Positions 53,104 through 64,000 of a stretch of DNA of 64,000 nucleotides are shown here, one piece after another. Origin of the DNA: a virus. Where the stretch lies: positions 28,206 through 92,205 of IMG/VR virus record IMGVR_UViG_3300007722_000005; one strand, given 5' to 3'. A model generated the notes under the pieces. That model saw nothing but the letters and a program-made list of their open reading frames with translations. It did not search any database and had not been told where the DNA came from. Every line of letters begins with the position of its first letter. Position 1 is the stretch's first letter. The position numbers and the translations under genes were made by a program.

Positions 53104-53840
53104 TAGAAGCGTCCTGATTCAGAGAAAGGGTTAGATTCAGAAAAATTGACGAATGTGTCTGTTTCTGTTTGAATTGTTTCGTTTTCAGCTGCCGCGTCAA
53201 TTACCTCGAGCTCGTCGCCCTCTGTCAAGAACTGCTCACCACTTTCCATCAAGAAAGGACTCTCTAGACGATCATCAACCAATAAGTTGAATATACTTGC
53301 CTTGCCAAGAAAATTACTAACGTATAGGTCATCAATTTCCGAGAACCCTGTATTGAAATACTCGCTGTTGTACTCAAACAACTCACATTTTAAATCGTAC
53401 ATCTGCAGAGCACCCATCTGGTAAAAAACTGGTTCATGCTCTACAAACTTTATCTCAAACATCTTTCGGTTGAGAGGGAAATAAATTAGATCTCCTTCAC
53501 GAGGCCTTGTAATGTAAAGAAGCGTACCAAGTTCTTGTTCAAACGACCGCCGCGCTACCGTAAACGTCATTTGATCGCGGATCTGAAGATTGAATTTTGA
53601 AAGGAAGTCCCCTTCTCCTCCAAAGCCTTCAACGTTTTTAATATACATCTCAACATCACCAGTTTCCGTGTAGCGGGACGTCTGACGATCTTCACCGTAG
53701 ACCTTATCTTCGTTTTGAAGAGTACGCTTGATATACTTAATATCAACACCGTAGATCTTAATAGTCTCAATCACAAGATCTTCAATAAGATTTTGCTCTT
53801 GGCTATTTGTGAAATTATTAAAGTAGAAATTGGTGGCCAT
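53103..53840 (-). CDS. 14: neck protein (gp14)
   Basis: RPREGDLIYFP, FEIKFVEHE. Confidence 0.94.
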   Translation of the reverse strand: MATNFYFNNFTNSQEQNLIEDLVIETIKIYGVDIKYIKRTLQNEDKVYGEDRQTSRYTETGDVEMYIKNVEGFGGEGDFLSKFNLQIRDQMTFTVARRSFEQELGTLLYITRPREGDLIYFPLNRKMFEIKFVEHEPVFYQMGALQMYDLKCELFEYNSEYFNTGFSEIDDLYVSNFLGKASIFNLLVDDRLESPFLMESGEQFLTEGDELEVIDAAAENETIQTETDTFVNFSESNPFSESGRF

Positions 53841-53846
53841 GAATCT

Positions 53847-54590
53847 TTAGCCGATCATATCGATGTTTGGAAGGGAGTACGAATTTAACATCTCATCTTC
53901 CATCTTAACAATTTCTGCCGCTGCGTCGTCGTATATCTTCTGCCCATTAAACTGGACGCCACCTGGCAATACCAACCCTTCAAATTTTGTTAAGTTTGAC
54001 CCCCACTGTTTTTTAATTAGCTGTGTGCAATAGTTCCCTAACCAACGATCACCCCACACATCAGTAAACTCGTCGGGATCAACAACTTGGTATGCTTGAA
54101 TAACAAGATACTGCCCAACATTAACCTTCTCCCAATCCATATCAATATGGAGACGGTTTCTGTGTCTGTTGTAACGGATTGGTTGTTTACCTACTAGCAA
54201 CTCTTGAATGAAGGCAATATGTTCCATTGCCATGTAATATGGAATCATCGACACGCTCGAAAACGTGTACAAATCATTCAGAGCGATTTGGTAACGAATG
54301 TTGAACAAATCGTTACTACTAACAGCAGGATCGCCTACAGGAAAAACATACACGGCACCGATAATATTTTCTGGTGTTGTAATGTATCTGTCGGTAATTG
54401 TCTGTGCGGTAATAAGATGTTTATAGTACACCATTTCAGTGCCATCAAAATGGTAGTCCCAATAATATTTAATTGCTTCATCAATACGATCTTCAACCTG
54501 ATCGTCGTCGACGTTTATTTCGATGACAGGCTTTCCTAGCTTTCGCAAGCAATACTCTTTAAACTGCGACCTACTTGATGGAATAGCCAT
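53847..54590 (-). CDS. 13: neck protein (gp13)
   Basis: CLRKLGKPVIEINVDDDQ, KKQWGSNL.KF, LPGG. Confidence 0.95.
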   Translation of the reverse strand: MAIPSSRSQFKEYCLRKLGKPVIEINVDDDQVEDRIDEAIKYYWDYHFDGTEMVYYKHLITAQTITDRYITTPENIIGAVYVFPVGDPAVSSNDLFNIRYQIALNDLYTFSSVSMIPYYMAMEHIAFIQELLVGKQPIRYNRHRNRLHIDMDWEKVNVGQYLVIQAYQVVDPDEFTDVWGDRWLGNYCTQLIKKQWGSNLTKFEGLVLPGGVQFNGQKIYDDAAAEIVKMEDEMLNSYSLPNIDMIG

Positions 54591-54592
54591 AT

Positions 54593-54919
54593 TTACCTCG
54601 TTACGTTAGGTGTTACGGTCACAATACCTTCAACCGTTCGGATTACAGTGTTACCGTCAGTCGCCTCAACATCATAGACATATCGGCCGCCTACAATATT
54701 TGCATTGGTTTCGGCATTCATTGATAGTGTTTGGGCACCGTCGATCGTGCCTAACACGACCGTAAATGTATAAGCAGTATTCGACGTGAAATGCTTGCGC
54801 ATCTGACCGTTTGCGGTGAACCCTGTAAGATCAACCACCTCTCCTGTATTTGATAATGCAATAATAGTGTTGGAGAACGAAGCCCCTTGTTCCATAACCA
54901 AATTTACTTTGCGTGCCAT
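54593..54919 (-). CDS. conserved small virion beta-sandwich protein
   Basis: QGASF..DLTG...GRYVYDVE..EG.VTVTP. Confidence 0.7.
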   Translation of the reverse strand: MARKVNLVMEQGASFSNTIIALSNTGEVVDLTGFTANGQMRKHFTSNTAYTFTVVLGTIDGAQTLSMNAETNANIVGGRYVYDVEATDGNTVIRTVEGIVTVTPNVTR

Positions 54920-54962
54920 GTTTGTCTCTTTGCGATGTTATACAAATATTTATACAAAAACA

Positions 54963-55880
54963 CTATTGGGTTACACCAGCGTCCTTACGAGATTTTGCAA
55001 TATAATCAGTAAACTTCTTTGATCCGAAGATGCTTGGACTCCAATACAGGTTGTTGTTTTTGTAGTATTCAACTACGTCCTTATCTTGCAACACATCCAT
55101 CATCAGAGCAGAGTAGAAATTAATTACCTGTTTTGATACTCCTTTTGGAAGTATAATTCCATATCCACCACTGAACGCGAAACCGGGGAGAACTTCACTC
55201 AGCGCAGCTACGTTTGGTAGGTCAGGTAAGCGGTTTTCACTTGTAACAGCCGCAATTCCTACCTTACCATCGCGGTATATCTCTGCGACTGAACCGACAG
55301 GAAGTATTGCATAATTAATATGCCCACCTTGAATGTCGGGGATTATTTGCCCACTCGATTTATACGGAACAAGTGTTGCTGTTCCTTTCACCACTTTTAA
55401 CAGGTCGTTTGCTCGTGCGATTTGACCTTTACTTGACACACCAATTGTTGTTTCAACCTTGTTGAGGTTAGATATGAAATTGGGTAGAGTTCCTACTCCA
55501 ACAACCGCGAAATAAATTTTTGATGCTATAGTAATATATTCAAAATCGGCCGCGGTATACTCCTGCACGCCTTTATAGAAGATATCATTGTATACGAAAT
55601 GCGATCCGATACCACTAAACGCGAAATAAGACCCATCCTTTGGTTGCCGGTGGAAATAATTAATACCAACAACACCGCTGCCACCAGGTCGGTAATCACG
55701 AAGCACTTTGATACCCCTCTTTTCGATAGCTTTGTAAATTGGCGCCAACGCCGCGTCGGTTGATGACCCAGCTGGATACGATACCACGACTACTAGGTTC
55801 GTTGGTTTAAATTCTGCATGTGTTTTGATAGTGAACCCGAACAGGACCAAACATAAAACAACTATTGATAATATTTTCAT
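54963..55880 (-). CDS. Bug/TctC tripartite tricarboxylate transporter substrate-binding protein
   Basis: Signal peptide, YPAGSSTD, PGGSG, VPYKS, RLPDLPNV. Confidence 0.88.
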   Translation of the reverse strand: MKILSIVVLCLVLFGFTIKTHAEFKPTNLVVVVSYPAGSSTDAALAPIYKAIEKRGIKVLRDYRPGGSGVVGINYFHRQPKDGSYFAFSGIGSHFVYNDIFYKGVQEYTAADFEYITIASKIYFAVVGVGTLPNFISNLNKVETTIGVSSKGQIARANDLLKVVKGTATLVPYKSSGQIIPDIQGGHINYAILPVGSVAEIYRDGKVGIAAVTSENRLPDLPNVAALSEVLPGFAFSGGYGIILPKGVSKQVINFYSALMMDVLQDKDVVEYYKNNNLYWSPSIFGSKKFTDYIAKSRKDAGVTQ

Positions 55881-55886
55881 ATTTCC

Positions 55887-57104
55887 TCATATAATGTATA
55901 GTTTTGATTTAACTCTTGTAATCCTGTTAGGAAGGGTTTTGTCGTGGAATTGCATCGTTTGCTTGATCCACGGTGCCTTAATACTACTTATGTAGTGTTG
56001 CAAACCGCCAACGAGAAGATCAACAGAGCCGTCCGAGCGGCTCTGTTGATAAAACCAAATGTCGCGCTCGTTGAGAAAGTGCCCAGATGGCTTCGAGTTA
56101 AACTTATTGAAAGAGACCAAATCAGCCGACGTGAGGGAGGGGTAGAGAAGAATTTTCAACATATCGCCACCCAACGCACATATTAATTTGCCATCAGCAG
56201 AAAAGTAATTTGACACAAGTTGGTGTTTATATGGATCTTTCCCTGCGTATAACTTTCCAAGAGTGCTGATTGTTTTATTTGCTACGTGCCGTTGAAAAAA
56301 GTTCTTTATAATATGTGATTGCTTAATTATTATCTGTGCGCCTTCATATGTCGGCGACCAGTAAAACAACTCGTCGACCCCTCCACTCAAACTACTCTCT
56401 AATATGTTTTTTGTTGGCGACATTAGTGTTATACAGTCAGCAAAATGAAATGAAAAGTTTTCGCCGAACCCCTCAACGCGCGGCTTTTCGGCCCCCCACA
56501 CAAAACAAACTTTTTTTCCTGCTGTTAACAATTCCTTCCATTCACGGGTTCCGTTTTCGTAAATACTTCCGGCCCTCACCCTGGCTTGAGTGAAAGGTGT
56601 CCCGATATCGTTTATCCAGTGGATAAAATCAGAGTTCTTTTTTGTGTAGAAGTTGTTGAGGTTGTCAGTGATATCAAACAGCGTTTGTTTTGTTTGTATT
56701 CCTAATTTTTGCACTTTCGGTATTGCAACATTAAACACTTCATTGTTGACAAAGCTTGCGGGATTTTGGGATCCCTTCAAATCAACCATAAAACATACTT
56801 CGTCGAGCGGAATGTTATTGCGCGCAAACGTTTCGAGAATGTTTGTCGAATCGGACCCGCCGCTATACATAAGAACAATATGGTCGTATTGTTCTCGTAG
56901 TTTTTCTGCTCTTTTCGTATACAGCTCGTCCAACGAGAAGGGTGGTTCAGTTGTCCAGTCAAACGATGAAAAGAACTCGTCATTATAGTTCCACTTCACA
57001 TCTTGTGGGTTGTCGGCTAACTGCATTATTTCATATTTGCTGGTCGTTATTAGTTGTTTGTACTGATAAAAACCATATGTGTGAGGATGATTCATATACT
57101 TCAC
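55887..57104 (-). CDS. N-type ATP pyrophosphatase (AANH, PP-loop) protein
   Basis: LMYSGGSDS, WGAEKP, ELFYW, KQSH. Confidence 0.75.
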   Translation of the reverse strand: MKYMNHPHTYGFYQYKQLITTSKYEIMQLADNPQDVKWNYNDEFFSSFDWTTEPPFSLDELYTKRAEKLREQYDHIVLMYSGGSDSTNILETFARNNIPLDEVCFMVDLKGSQNPASFVNNEVFNVAIPKVQKLGIQTKQTLFDITDNLNNFYTKKNSDFIHWINDIGTPFTQARVRAGSIYENGTREWKELLTAGKKVCFVWGAEKPRVEGFGENFSFHFADCITLMSPTKNILESSLSGGVDELFYWSPTYEGAQIIIKQSHIIKNFFQRHVANKTISTLGKLYAGKDPYKHQLVSNYFSADGKLICALGGDMLKILLYPSLTSADLVSFNKFNSKPSGHFLNERDIWFYQQSRSDGSVDLLVGGLQHYISSIKAPWIKQTMQFHDKTLPNRITRVKSKLYII

Positions 57105-57145
57105 TAACCTATATAATATCTGTACAGCTATTTAGGAGGTTGGTT

Positions 57146-58048
57146 ATGAATTGGTTATTAGTGTGTTTGATTGTTTTGATGCCGTCGACGCCGCGGGCAC
57201 AGGATGTTTCACAAATATACGTTGCGTATCCACCAGGAGGGTTAGGAGATATTTTAGCGCGGCACGTGTCAAAATATATAGGGCCACTTCAGGTAGTCAA
57301 TATCCCAGGACCACTCAATCAACAAGCAGCCAAGACAGCTTTTCGTAACAACCAGTTGATGTCTGTTGAAACATCGAGTCTCGCAATTACTCCTGAGATT
57401 TACGGCCGAGAAAAATCGTACGACATGTACGATAACTTTCAAAGAGCAATAATATTAGGATCGTCGCCGATGGTTCTTGTTGTTAATGCTGACCTCCCTA
57501 TAAACAACGTTGCCGAATTCAAACGATATATCGTTGATAATAATGTCGACGTCACATACGCAACAGCCGGCTCTATTACGATTGTAGCGGCGTTAGAATT
57601 TCTCGAGCTTGCAAAGATTAAAGCTCGCCCAATTCCATACAAGGGTGGCGCTGATGCTATCCAGGCAGTTATGGGTGGGCACGTAACGTTTCACTTCGGA
57701 AATCTCACAGGAGCAATAACACAAACACGCGTTAAAATTATTGCGGTCGGCACACAAAACCGAGTTGACCAGCTTCCTGAAGTAATGACAGTGAAAGAGC
57801 AACTCGGCAAAACGCTCACAACAAAAGGTTATTTTGGTGTTGGTTTGCCAAACGGTATTAACAGTGATATGGCTAATGTGTGGGCAAACCGGTTTAAGTT
57901 GTTGTGCGGCAGCAATCAGTTTGCTGCAGATATGAGTAAATACGGGTTTACAGTCGAGTGTTTAAACGGTGCAGCCTATCACACAACAATCACAAACCAA
58001 CAGAAATTTTATCGTGATATGATTACAAAATATGGGCTGCAAAGATGA
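57146..58048 (+). CDS. Bug/TctC substrate-binding protein
   Basis: AGGAGG SD, YPPGGLGDILAR, IPYKGG, LPEV.T. Confidence 0.9.
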   Translation: MNWLLVCLIVLMPSTPRAQDVSQIYVAYPPGGLGDILARHVSKYIGPLQVVNIPGPLNQQAAKTAFRNNQLMSVETSSLAITPEIYGREKSYDMYDNFQRAIILGSSPMVLVVNADLPINNVAEFKRYIVDNNVDVTYATAGSITIVAALEFLELAKIKARPIPYKGGADAIQAVMGGHVTFHFGNLTGAITQTRVKIIAVGTQNRVDQLPEVMTVKEQLGKTLTTKGYFGVGLPNGINSDMANVWANRFKLLCGSNQFAADMSKYGFTVECLNGAAYHTTITNQQKFYRDMITKYGLQR

Positions 58049-58860
58049 AAACACACAAAAACTGGCTTTTAACAAATATTGCCGAAAAACAGTTTAATCA
58101 TCACCTCAACTATACGGTTTATACCCGTTTATACCCGTTTTACGACGTTTCCTTTCAACGATCGATAGAATGTACGATCAATGAAATTCGAAACCTTAAA
58201 AACGACTTATATGTTGGATTGAGTGGTGGAGCTGATTCTGAGTTTGTGTTGAAGTCGTTCGTCGAACGACATGTTCCTATCACACCCGTAATTGTAAAAT
58301 GTGAAGGAAACGAAGCAGAAACATTCTATGCTTATAAAGCGTGTCGGCGCTTTAATGTTGATCCGGTAATTATTATGGCTGATAACAACAAACTAATTAG
58401 CACGTTTGAAGAGATGAATGGAAAACTTCCAATGCACGGAATAATGGCTATCCCACAACTAATTGCAGCAGAGTTTGTTGCGCGCCGTGAAGGGTTTATA
58501 ATAAACCCAAACCACTTAAACGGCGACGGCGACGGAAAAGTTATTGAAGGAATTTTTGAGCGGAATGAATGGGACGATTATGTCGATGTACTGTATCCAG
58601 GAATGGCAATCGAATTTTTCTCCTACCACATTGAAACGATCTACGCAATGACACTGCTAGCAACAAAAGGAACGTGGCAACAGTATAAAAGCAAACTATA
58701 CCAAACACCATATCGACCGAAGATGCGCGCGAAATACCACCCAACAGTAGTCGATTTTTTTGACAAAACGATTGCAGATTTTCCACAATCGAACCCCCAC
58801 TTTTGTTTTGGCAACAGGAATCAAGTCCTTGAAAGATTGAGCCCCTATGTTATCAAGTAA
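58045..58860 (+). CDS. AANH PP-loop protein
   Basis: VGLSGGADSE. Confidence 0.7.
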   Translation: MKTHKNWLLTNIAEKQFNHHLNYTVYTRLYPFYDVSFQRSIECTINEIRNLKNDLYVGLSGGADSEFVLKSFVERHVPITPVIVKCEGNEAETFYAYKACRRFNVDPVIIMADNNKLISTFEEMNGKLPMHGIMAIPQLIAAEFVARREGFIINPNHLNGDGDGKVIEGIFERNEWDDYVDVLYPGMAIEFFSYHIETIYAMTLLATKGTWQQYKSKLYQTPYRPKMRAKYHPTVVDFFDKTIADFPQSNPHFCFGNRNQVLERLSPYVIK

Positions 58861-59899
58861 GTTAGGTTTTTATCAGAGTGGGAAAAATGTTAGTGTTTCG
58901 CGTCGAGAAGTAACAGAAAGAACACTATCAATACCACATTGGAATTTCAACGACGATGTGTTTAGTGTTGTTAATTGGAATAAAGAACCTCCAGAAACAT
59001 TATCGGATTTATATATTGCGCGTTGCCGGCAACTAAGAGAAAAATACGATTACGTAGTTCTAATGTTTAGTGGTGGCAGTGACAGCGACAATATGTTGGA
59101 GCACTGGTTGCTTTCAGGATGTAAGTTGGACGAGGTTGTTATATTGAACAGGCAATCAGGTGCCAACGACAAAACGAGTTTTTCAGAAATTGAGCAGAAC
59201 GTTGTTGCGATCCCAAAAGCGATGATGCTCCAACAACTTCACAAGTTCAAACTAACAATATTTGACCAATCGACAGCGATGATCGATTTTATAAAACAAA
59301 CAGACGACATACCATACGTAAGCAACATCATAATCACGCCAAATGTAGGCTCGAGAAGGTTTTTGTTTGAGCAGCCACATATTAAGCGTGTGCTTAGTCA
59401 GGGCAAGAAAGTGGTTTTAGTTTGGGGGGCAGATAAAATTATACACAGCTTTCGCAAACAAAAGCTTTCTGTGTCATTTGATCAACATAACGTCGAATGT
59501 TGTGTTGGTCCGCTACTAATTGCTAACAGTGGTGAGAAAGAAGGGAAGTGTCACGAGCTTTTTTATTGGACCGCTGACTTTCCAGATGTTGTTATTAAGC
59601 AAGCGCACGTTATCAAACAGTATCTGTCGTGCCCAATAAACCACGTAACTAATCCACAATTTGTATCGTATGGGCAGCAATCAATCAAGCTAACGGACGA
59701 CGGGTACCGAAGAGTCGTGTACCCTTTTTGGGATTTAAAAACATTTACGGCAGGAAAAAGCAGTAGCACAACAATCTCTAATAGAGATCAATGGCTTTGG
59801 AGAGGTAATCTACCTGAAGCGAGAAGGTTTGAAGATATCGTAAAACAATACCACACAAACGTCACAACAACGAAAAATACTTACACAGTCGGGTCGTAG
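58847..59899 (+). CDS. AANH PP-loop protein, paralog of 55887..57104
   Basis: LMFSGGSDS, WGADK, ELFYW, KQAH. Confidence 0.75.
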   Translation: MLSSKLGFYQSGKNVSVSRREVTERTLSIPHWNFNDDVFSVVNWNKEPPETLSDLYIARCRQLREKYDYVVLMFSGGSDSDNMLEHWLLSGCKLDEVVILNRQSGANDKTSFSEIEQNVVAIPKAMMLQQLHKFKLTIFDQSTAMIDFIKQTDDIPYVSNIIITPNVGSRRFLFEQPHIKRVLSQGKKVVLVWGADKIIHSFRKQKLSVSFDQHNVECCVGPLLIANSGEKEGKCHELFYWTADFPDVVIKQAHVIKQYLSCPINHVTNPQFVSYGQQSIKLTDDGYRRVVYPFWDLKTFTAGKSSSTTISNRDQWLWRGNLPEARRFEDIVKQYHTNVTTTKNTYTVGS

Positions 59900-60384
59900 G
59901 AGTCGAACTGTACATTGACGGCCAATAGAGCATCAATCGACGTTGCCGCGTTCAAATCCTTCGCGGCGGCGTCGGCAAGTTTTTTAATCGATTGCTTGTA
60001 TTTGATTAATTCTTCGAGAACGCCGCCCTGTTCGATGAGGTCGATTGCCCGCATTTTTGCGTAGTCATTAAGATAGTTATATTTTGATTTCAAATTTTGT
60101 TGGATTCTATTGCGTACCAATTTCAATTCAACATCGGAAACTTTCAGTGCAATTGATGAATCCTCTTCGTTCATTACGTATTCCCCATCAAAATTATGTT
60201 TTTCAAGATCGGGGCAACGGTCAACAATTTCGGCAATCTGATTCTCGACGACAAAAAGCATGCGGCTTAAATTGTAGCCAGCAACGTTATTAGCGAATTC
60301 GTCTGGCGACAGTCGTCGAGCAACAGCGGACCGGTCAGCAGTGAGGTAGACGAATTGTGTATCTTTTACGTTAGCGTATATCAT
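59881..60384 (-). CDS. hypothetical protein (tail-fibre assembly-like)
   Basis: End of the fibre operon; helical C-terminus. Confidence 0.45.
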   Translation of the reverse strand: MIYANVKDTQFVYLTADRSAVARRLSPDEFANNVAGYNLSRMLFVVENQIAEIVDRCPDLEKHNFDGEYVMNEEDSSIALKVSDVELKLVRNRIQQNLKSKYNYLNDYAKMRAIDLIEQGGVLEELIKYKQSIKKLADAAAKDLNAATSIDALLAVNVQFDSYDPTV

Positions 60385-60929
60385 ACAAATTTAGGCCCCG
60401 TAAACCAGTTAACAAGCGAGTATCGCGTTCCAAATGTTACGGGAGCAACACGATGTCTCAACGCTGAAGGAAACACCATAACAGATCCTCGTGGTTTGAT
60501 TAGCGGTTGTTCTTCTCGTTTATATCCTTCAAACTGAAAATCGCCGCCACCATAATCATCGTTTAATGTGATCACGAGGCTGAGCTTTCTCATTCCGTCT
60601 TTGTGTCGTGAAGAGTCTTGATGATAGTCGTAAAAATCATCAACATCATACACAGTGAACTGAGGAACTTCTTGCCCGGTGATTGCAAAGTTCCACGCCT
60701 GCTTATTAGCTTGTGACATATAATGCCACGCGATAGCGGAAAGCCACGCGTGTTTTGAAGGCTCGAGGAAAGCAGTGCGCGATAAACGAATATCTTCGTT
60801 GACTTTTGGGTTATCGGTATCAACAACCGCCGCAGCTATTCCCCCTCTCAAACCTTCAGAAATTATTACGTTGCACACCGAAGGTGGAATTTCACTTTCC
60901 CAAAACCAGTGAGTTGGCTCAATAATCAT
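60381..60929 (-). CDS. 2OG-Fe(II) oxygenase (PKHD/prolyl-hydroxylase type)
   Basis: HQD, RKLS, FPS..HRV.PV..GTRYSLV. Confidence 0.92.
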   Translation of the reverse strand: MIIEPTHWFWESEIPPSVCNVIISEGLRGGIAAAVVDTDNPKVNEDIRLSRTAFLEPSKHAWLSAIAWHYMSQANKQAWNFAITGQEVPQFTVYDVDDFYDYHQDSSRHKDGMRKLSLVITLNDDYGGGDFQFEGYKREEQPLIKPRGSVMVFPSALRHRVAPVTFGTRYSLVNWFTGPKFV

Positions 60930-61627
60930 ACCTTCTTTTCCCATAAATTATCGCGGTAATAACTTCTTTCCGACGATCGGCGATCTCTTGTCTTGTTGAG
61001 TTTTTGCAAATCTTTTCCTGTCAACGAATCAATTAGTGGAGCCTTTTTGTAATCTCTTTTAAACGGAATTGCCTGCATAAGAGGATACCCCCTCTCAAGT
61101 TTCATCGGTCCATCTGTTACTTTGAGGAAACCAGGGAAGTTAACGAACTCGAAGTATTTATCTGTCTCGACAATACCAGTCATCAGATCGAGTTTTCCGT
61201 CTGGGCGGTTGAACGGCATTGTGAATATTGTCGACCAGCCAGGAGGAGTTTGGATCAACCAATGGTTGAGAAATTTGAGGGGAACAGAGGGAACTTTTGG
61301 ATGACCAGCTATTTGCTTCAGATTATGTGACTCGCACATATTCATGACAAAATCACTCTCCCAACAAACGCGTTCTCCGTTGTTAGAAACAAGAAAATGT
61401 ATATCGGCAGCGAGAGGAATAATCCACCCAACCGACATGGCGTCGAGGAATGGCGGGCAGCGTTTAATTGTTGACGCCGGCGTTATTTTTCCTTCTTCTT
61501 GAAAAGTAGGATCGAGCCGTTTAAACCAATCAGGGATCAACCGTTTCGCTGGATACGGCTCTGGTATAACATCCTTACAACGCGGGTCACAAAGAAATTT
61601 AATTTCATCACTTCCATTCCAAAACAT
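60926..61627 (-). CDS. conserved hypothetical protein (DUF6065-like)
   Basis: TIKRCPPFLDAM, W.IQTPPGWS, GIVETD, G.PLMQAIPFKR. Confidence 0.65.
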   Translation of the reverse strand: MFWNGSDEIKFLCDPRCKDVIPEPYPAKRLIPDWFKRLDPTFQEEGKITPASTIKRCPPFLDAMSVGWIIPLAADIHFLVSNNGERVCWESDFVMNMCESHNLKQIAGHPKVPSVPLKFLNHWLIQTPPGWSTIFTMPFNRPDGKLDLMTGIVETDKYFEFVNFPGFLKVTDGPMKLERGYPLMQAIPFKRDYKKAPLIDSLTGKDLQKLNKTRDRRSSERSYYRDNLWEKKV

Positions 61628-61637
61628 AATGTTCTCC

Positions 61638-62717
<1,080 letters not shown>

Positions 62718-62721
62718 TACC

Positions 62722-63045
62722 TTACCCTATTTTAGGGGTTTTGGCAAGAAAATCTTTTGGTAGCTCATTAATTGCTGTAGCCCAACTTCTCTTAGCATAT
62801 ATCTCTTCACCGTCTGGTGAAATCCAATACACCTTATCAAAAATGATTATAGGAAACCCGGCGAAAGTTTTTTCGGGGAACCACGTGTTAAGTGCATCAA
62901 GACAAGATTGTTCGTCATCCAACGTTGGGTATGACATGTTAGCATATTTGATTCTAAATTGGTCAAGAAAAATACGCAAGTCAGCAGACTCTAAATTATA
63001 TGTCGTGTACAGCTGAATGTTGTTATATTTGATTGGGGTTGCCAT
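62722..63045 (-). CDS. hypothetical protein, possibly glutaredoxin-like fold without CxxC
   Basis: LYTT...LNTW..FP.IIF. Confidence 0.5.
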   Translation of the reverse strand: MATPIKYNNIQLYTTYNLESADLRIFLDQFRIKYANMSYPTLDDEQSCLDALNTWFPEKTFAGFPIIIFDKVYWISPDGEEIYAKRSWATAINELPKDFLAKTPKIG

Positions 63046-63055
63046 ATTCTCTCCG

Positions 63056-64000
63056 TTATGCTTCAATGAACGACATTGAAACGAACCAGTTCGCGACACC
63101 ATCGTATTTAGTAGCAACAAAAATTGTTGTTTTATTAGCCCCAGTAGCAGCTACTGGCTGCGTTGCGCTGTTATTAAACTTCAACGTTTCTCCACCAGGA
63201 GCAGCGAGAGTTACTGTGTATCCACCAGTGCCATTCTGTGTAAAAATCATCACAATCGTCTTAACAGAATCTGTTTGGCCGGGCATACTTGCTGGTAAGG
63301 TTATTGTGCAATTATTATCGACCGTGTACCGGGTTACGTTACGTGATGATGAAACAGTAAGGCCTGTGTCTGTAGCTGTAAATGCTGCAGCGTCTTCAAC
63401 GAAGTTTTGAATTTTTGTTGCGTTGAACGTGACGGCCGTAGAATTTGCTGCGAGTCCGTTACCGACGGATAGAGTTGAGCTCGTGACAACACTGTTAACC
63501 GTACTGTTGCCGACTTTAACTTGTGACGTTGAAAGATTGACGTTAGCGCCGACATTTATTGCAACAGACGCATTCGCGGTACCGGTTATTGTTGCGCCGG
63601 CAGTAGGTGACAACAATCCAGCAACACTTAACGTGTTTGAAAGTGTTGCTGCTCCCGTAACAAACAGCGTGTTCGAAAGTGTTGTTGCTCCAAGAACTGC
63701 TAGTGTTCCATCAGTATCAATCAATCCCGAAGTGATTGCAGTATTGACTGTTGAGTTGCCAACGGTAATTCTTGATGTTGAAAGATTGACGTTTGCGCCG
63801 ACATTGATAGCAACCGAAGCGTTTGATGTTCCTGTTACCGTCACACCAGCTGTAGGCGATAACAATCCGGCGACGCTCATTGTATTCGAGAATGTGGCTG
63901 CACCGATCCCTGTGGTTGTTGTCTCAGCTCGAATTGATCCATTAACAACGAGGGAAGATTGGGTGAGAACGGCATTTACGGTGCTGTTACCAACTCTAAC
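63056..64000 (-). CDS. tail fibre / virion protein, C-terminal part (start beyond window)
   Basis: VGNSTVN and TLSNTL repeats; QNGTGGYTV C-terminal domain. Confidence 0.85.
   Translation of the reverse strand, partial: VRVGNSTVNAVLTQSSLVVNGSIRAETTTTGIGAATFSNTMSVAGLLSPTAGVTVTGTSNASVAINVGANVNLSTSRITVGNSTVNTAITSGLIDTDGTLAVLGATTLSNTLFVTGAATLSNTLSVAGLLSPTAGATITGTANASVAINVGANVNLSTSQVKVGNSTVNSVVTSSTLSVGNGLAANSTAVTFNATKIQNFVEDAAAFTATDTGLTVSSSRNVTRYTVDNNCTITLPASMPGQTDSVKTIVMIFTQNGTGGYTVTLAAPGGETLKFNNSATQPVAATGANKTTIFVATKYDGVANWFVSMSFIEA

Noticed and set aside
11161-55880. Genome-wide reassignment of TAG to a sense codon, suggested by the CUA tRNA
   Set aside because: Core genes are full-length in the standard code, and gp43 and gp18 end at TAG at the expected C-termini; only local readthrough is supported
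55887-59899. Calling the SGGxDS proteins QueC
   Set aside because: They lack the QueC C-terminal Zn-binding Cys cluster and the typical YGQ/RN motifs, and lie far from the que genes

Overview
A 64 kb piece of a large T4-like myophage genome, almost all on the minus strand. Two Bug/TctC genes hint at a betaproteobacterial host, which is inference. Positions 1-10.5 kb hold a translation-support island: 40 anticodon-bearing tRNAs covering all 20 amino acids (many non-canonical), several tRNA-like RNAs, a compact RNase P RNA, a GatB/YqeY-domain protein and two phosphatases. The island is headed by a leaderless 36-codon leader peptide with terminator/antiterminator geometry. Positions 11-38 kb carry the T4 replication, recombination and transcription core (gp41, UvsX, gp43, RegA, gp62/44/45, gp46/47, gp55, UvsW/Y). 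Interleaved with it are a 7-deazaguanine DNA-modification set (FolE, QueD, QueE, DpdA, DpdL-like), peptide deformylase and an amber-suppressor tRNA. That tRNA lies just upstream of a tiny amber-containing uORF (MKL*IHPP) and an SD-overlapping hairpin in front of a hypothetical gene and a Pth2 gene. Positions 38-55 kb are the head/tail module (gp3, 23, 22, 21, 20, 19, 18, 17, 16, 15, 14, 13) with a free-standing homing endonuclease; the portal gene has a coding-like extension past its TAG stop. Positions 55-64 kb hold a divergent Bug/TctC plus PP-loop ATPase island, a 2OG-Fe(II) oxygenase, and Gly-rich and fibre genes. The best candidates for undescribed systems are the amber-readthrough switch over Pth2 and the general translation-sensing attenuator over the tRNA/RNase P island. 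All calls were made by eye from sequence motifs; no searches were run.
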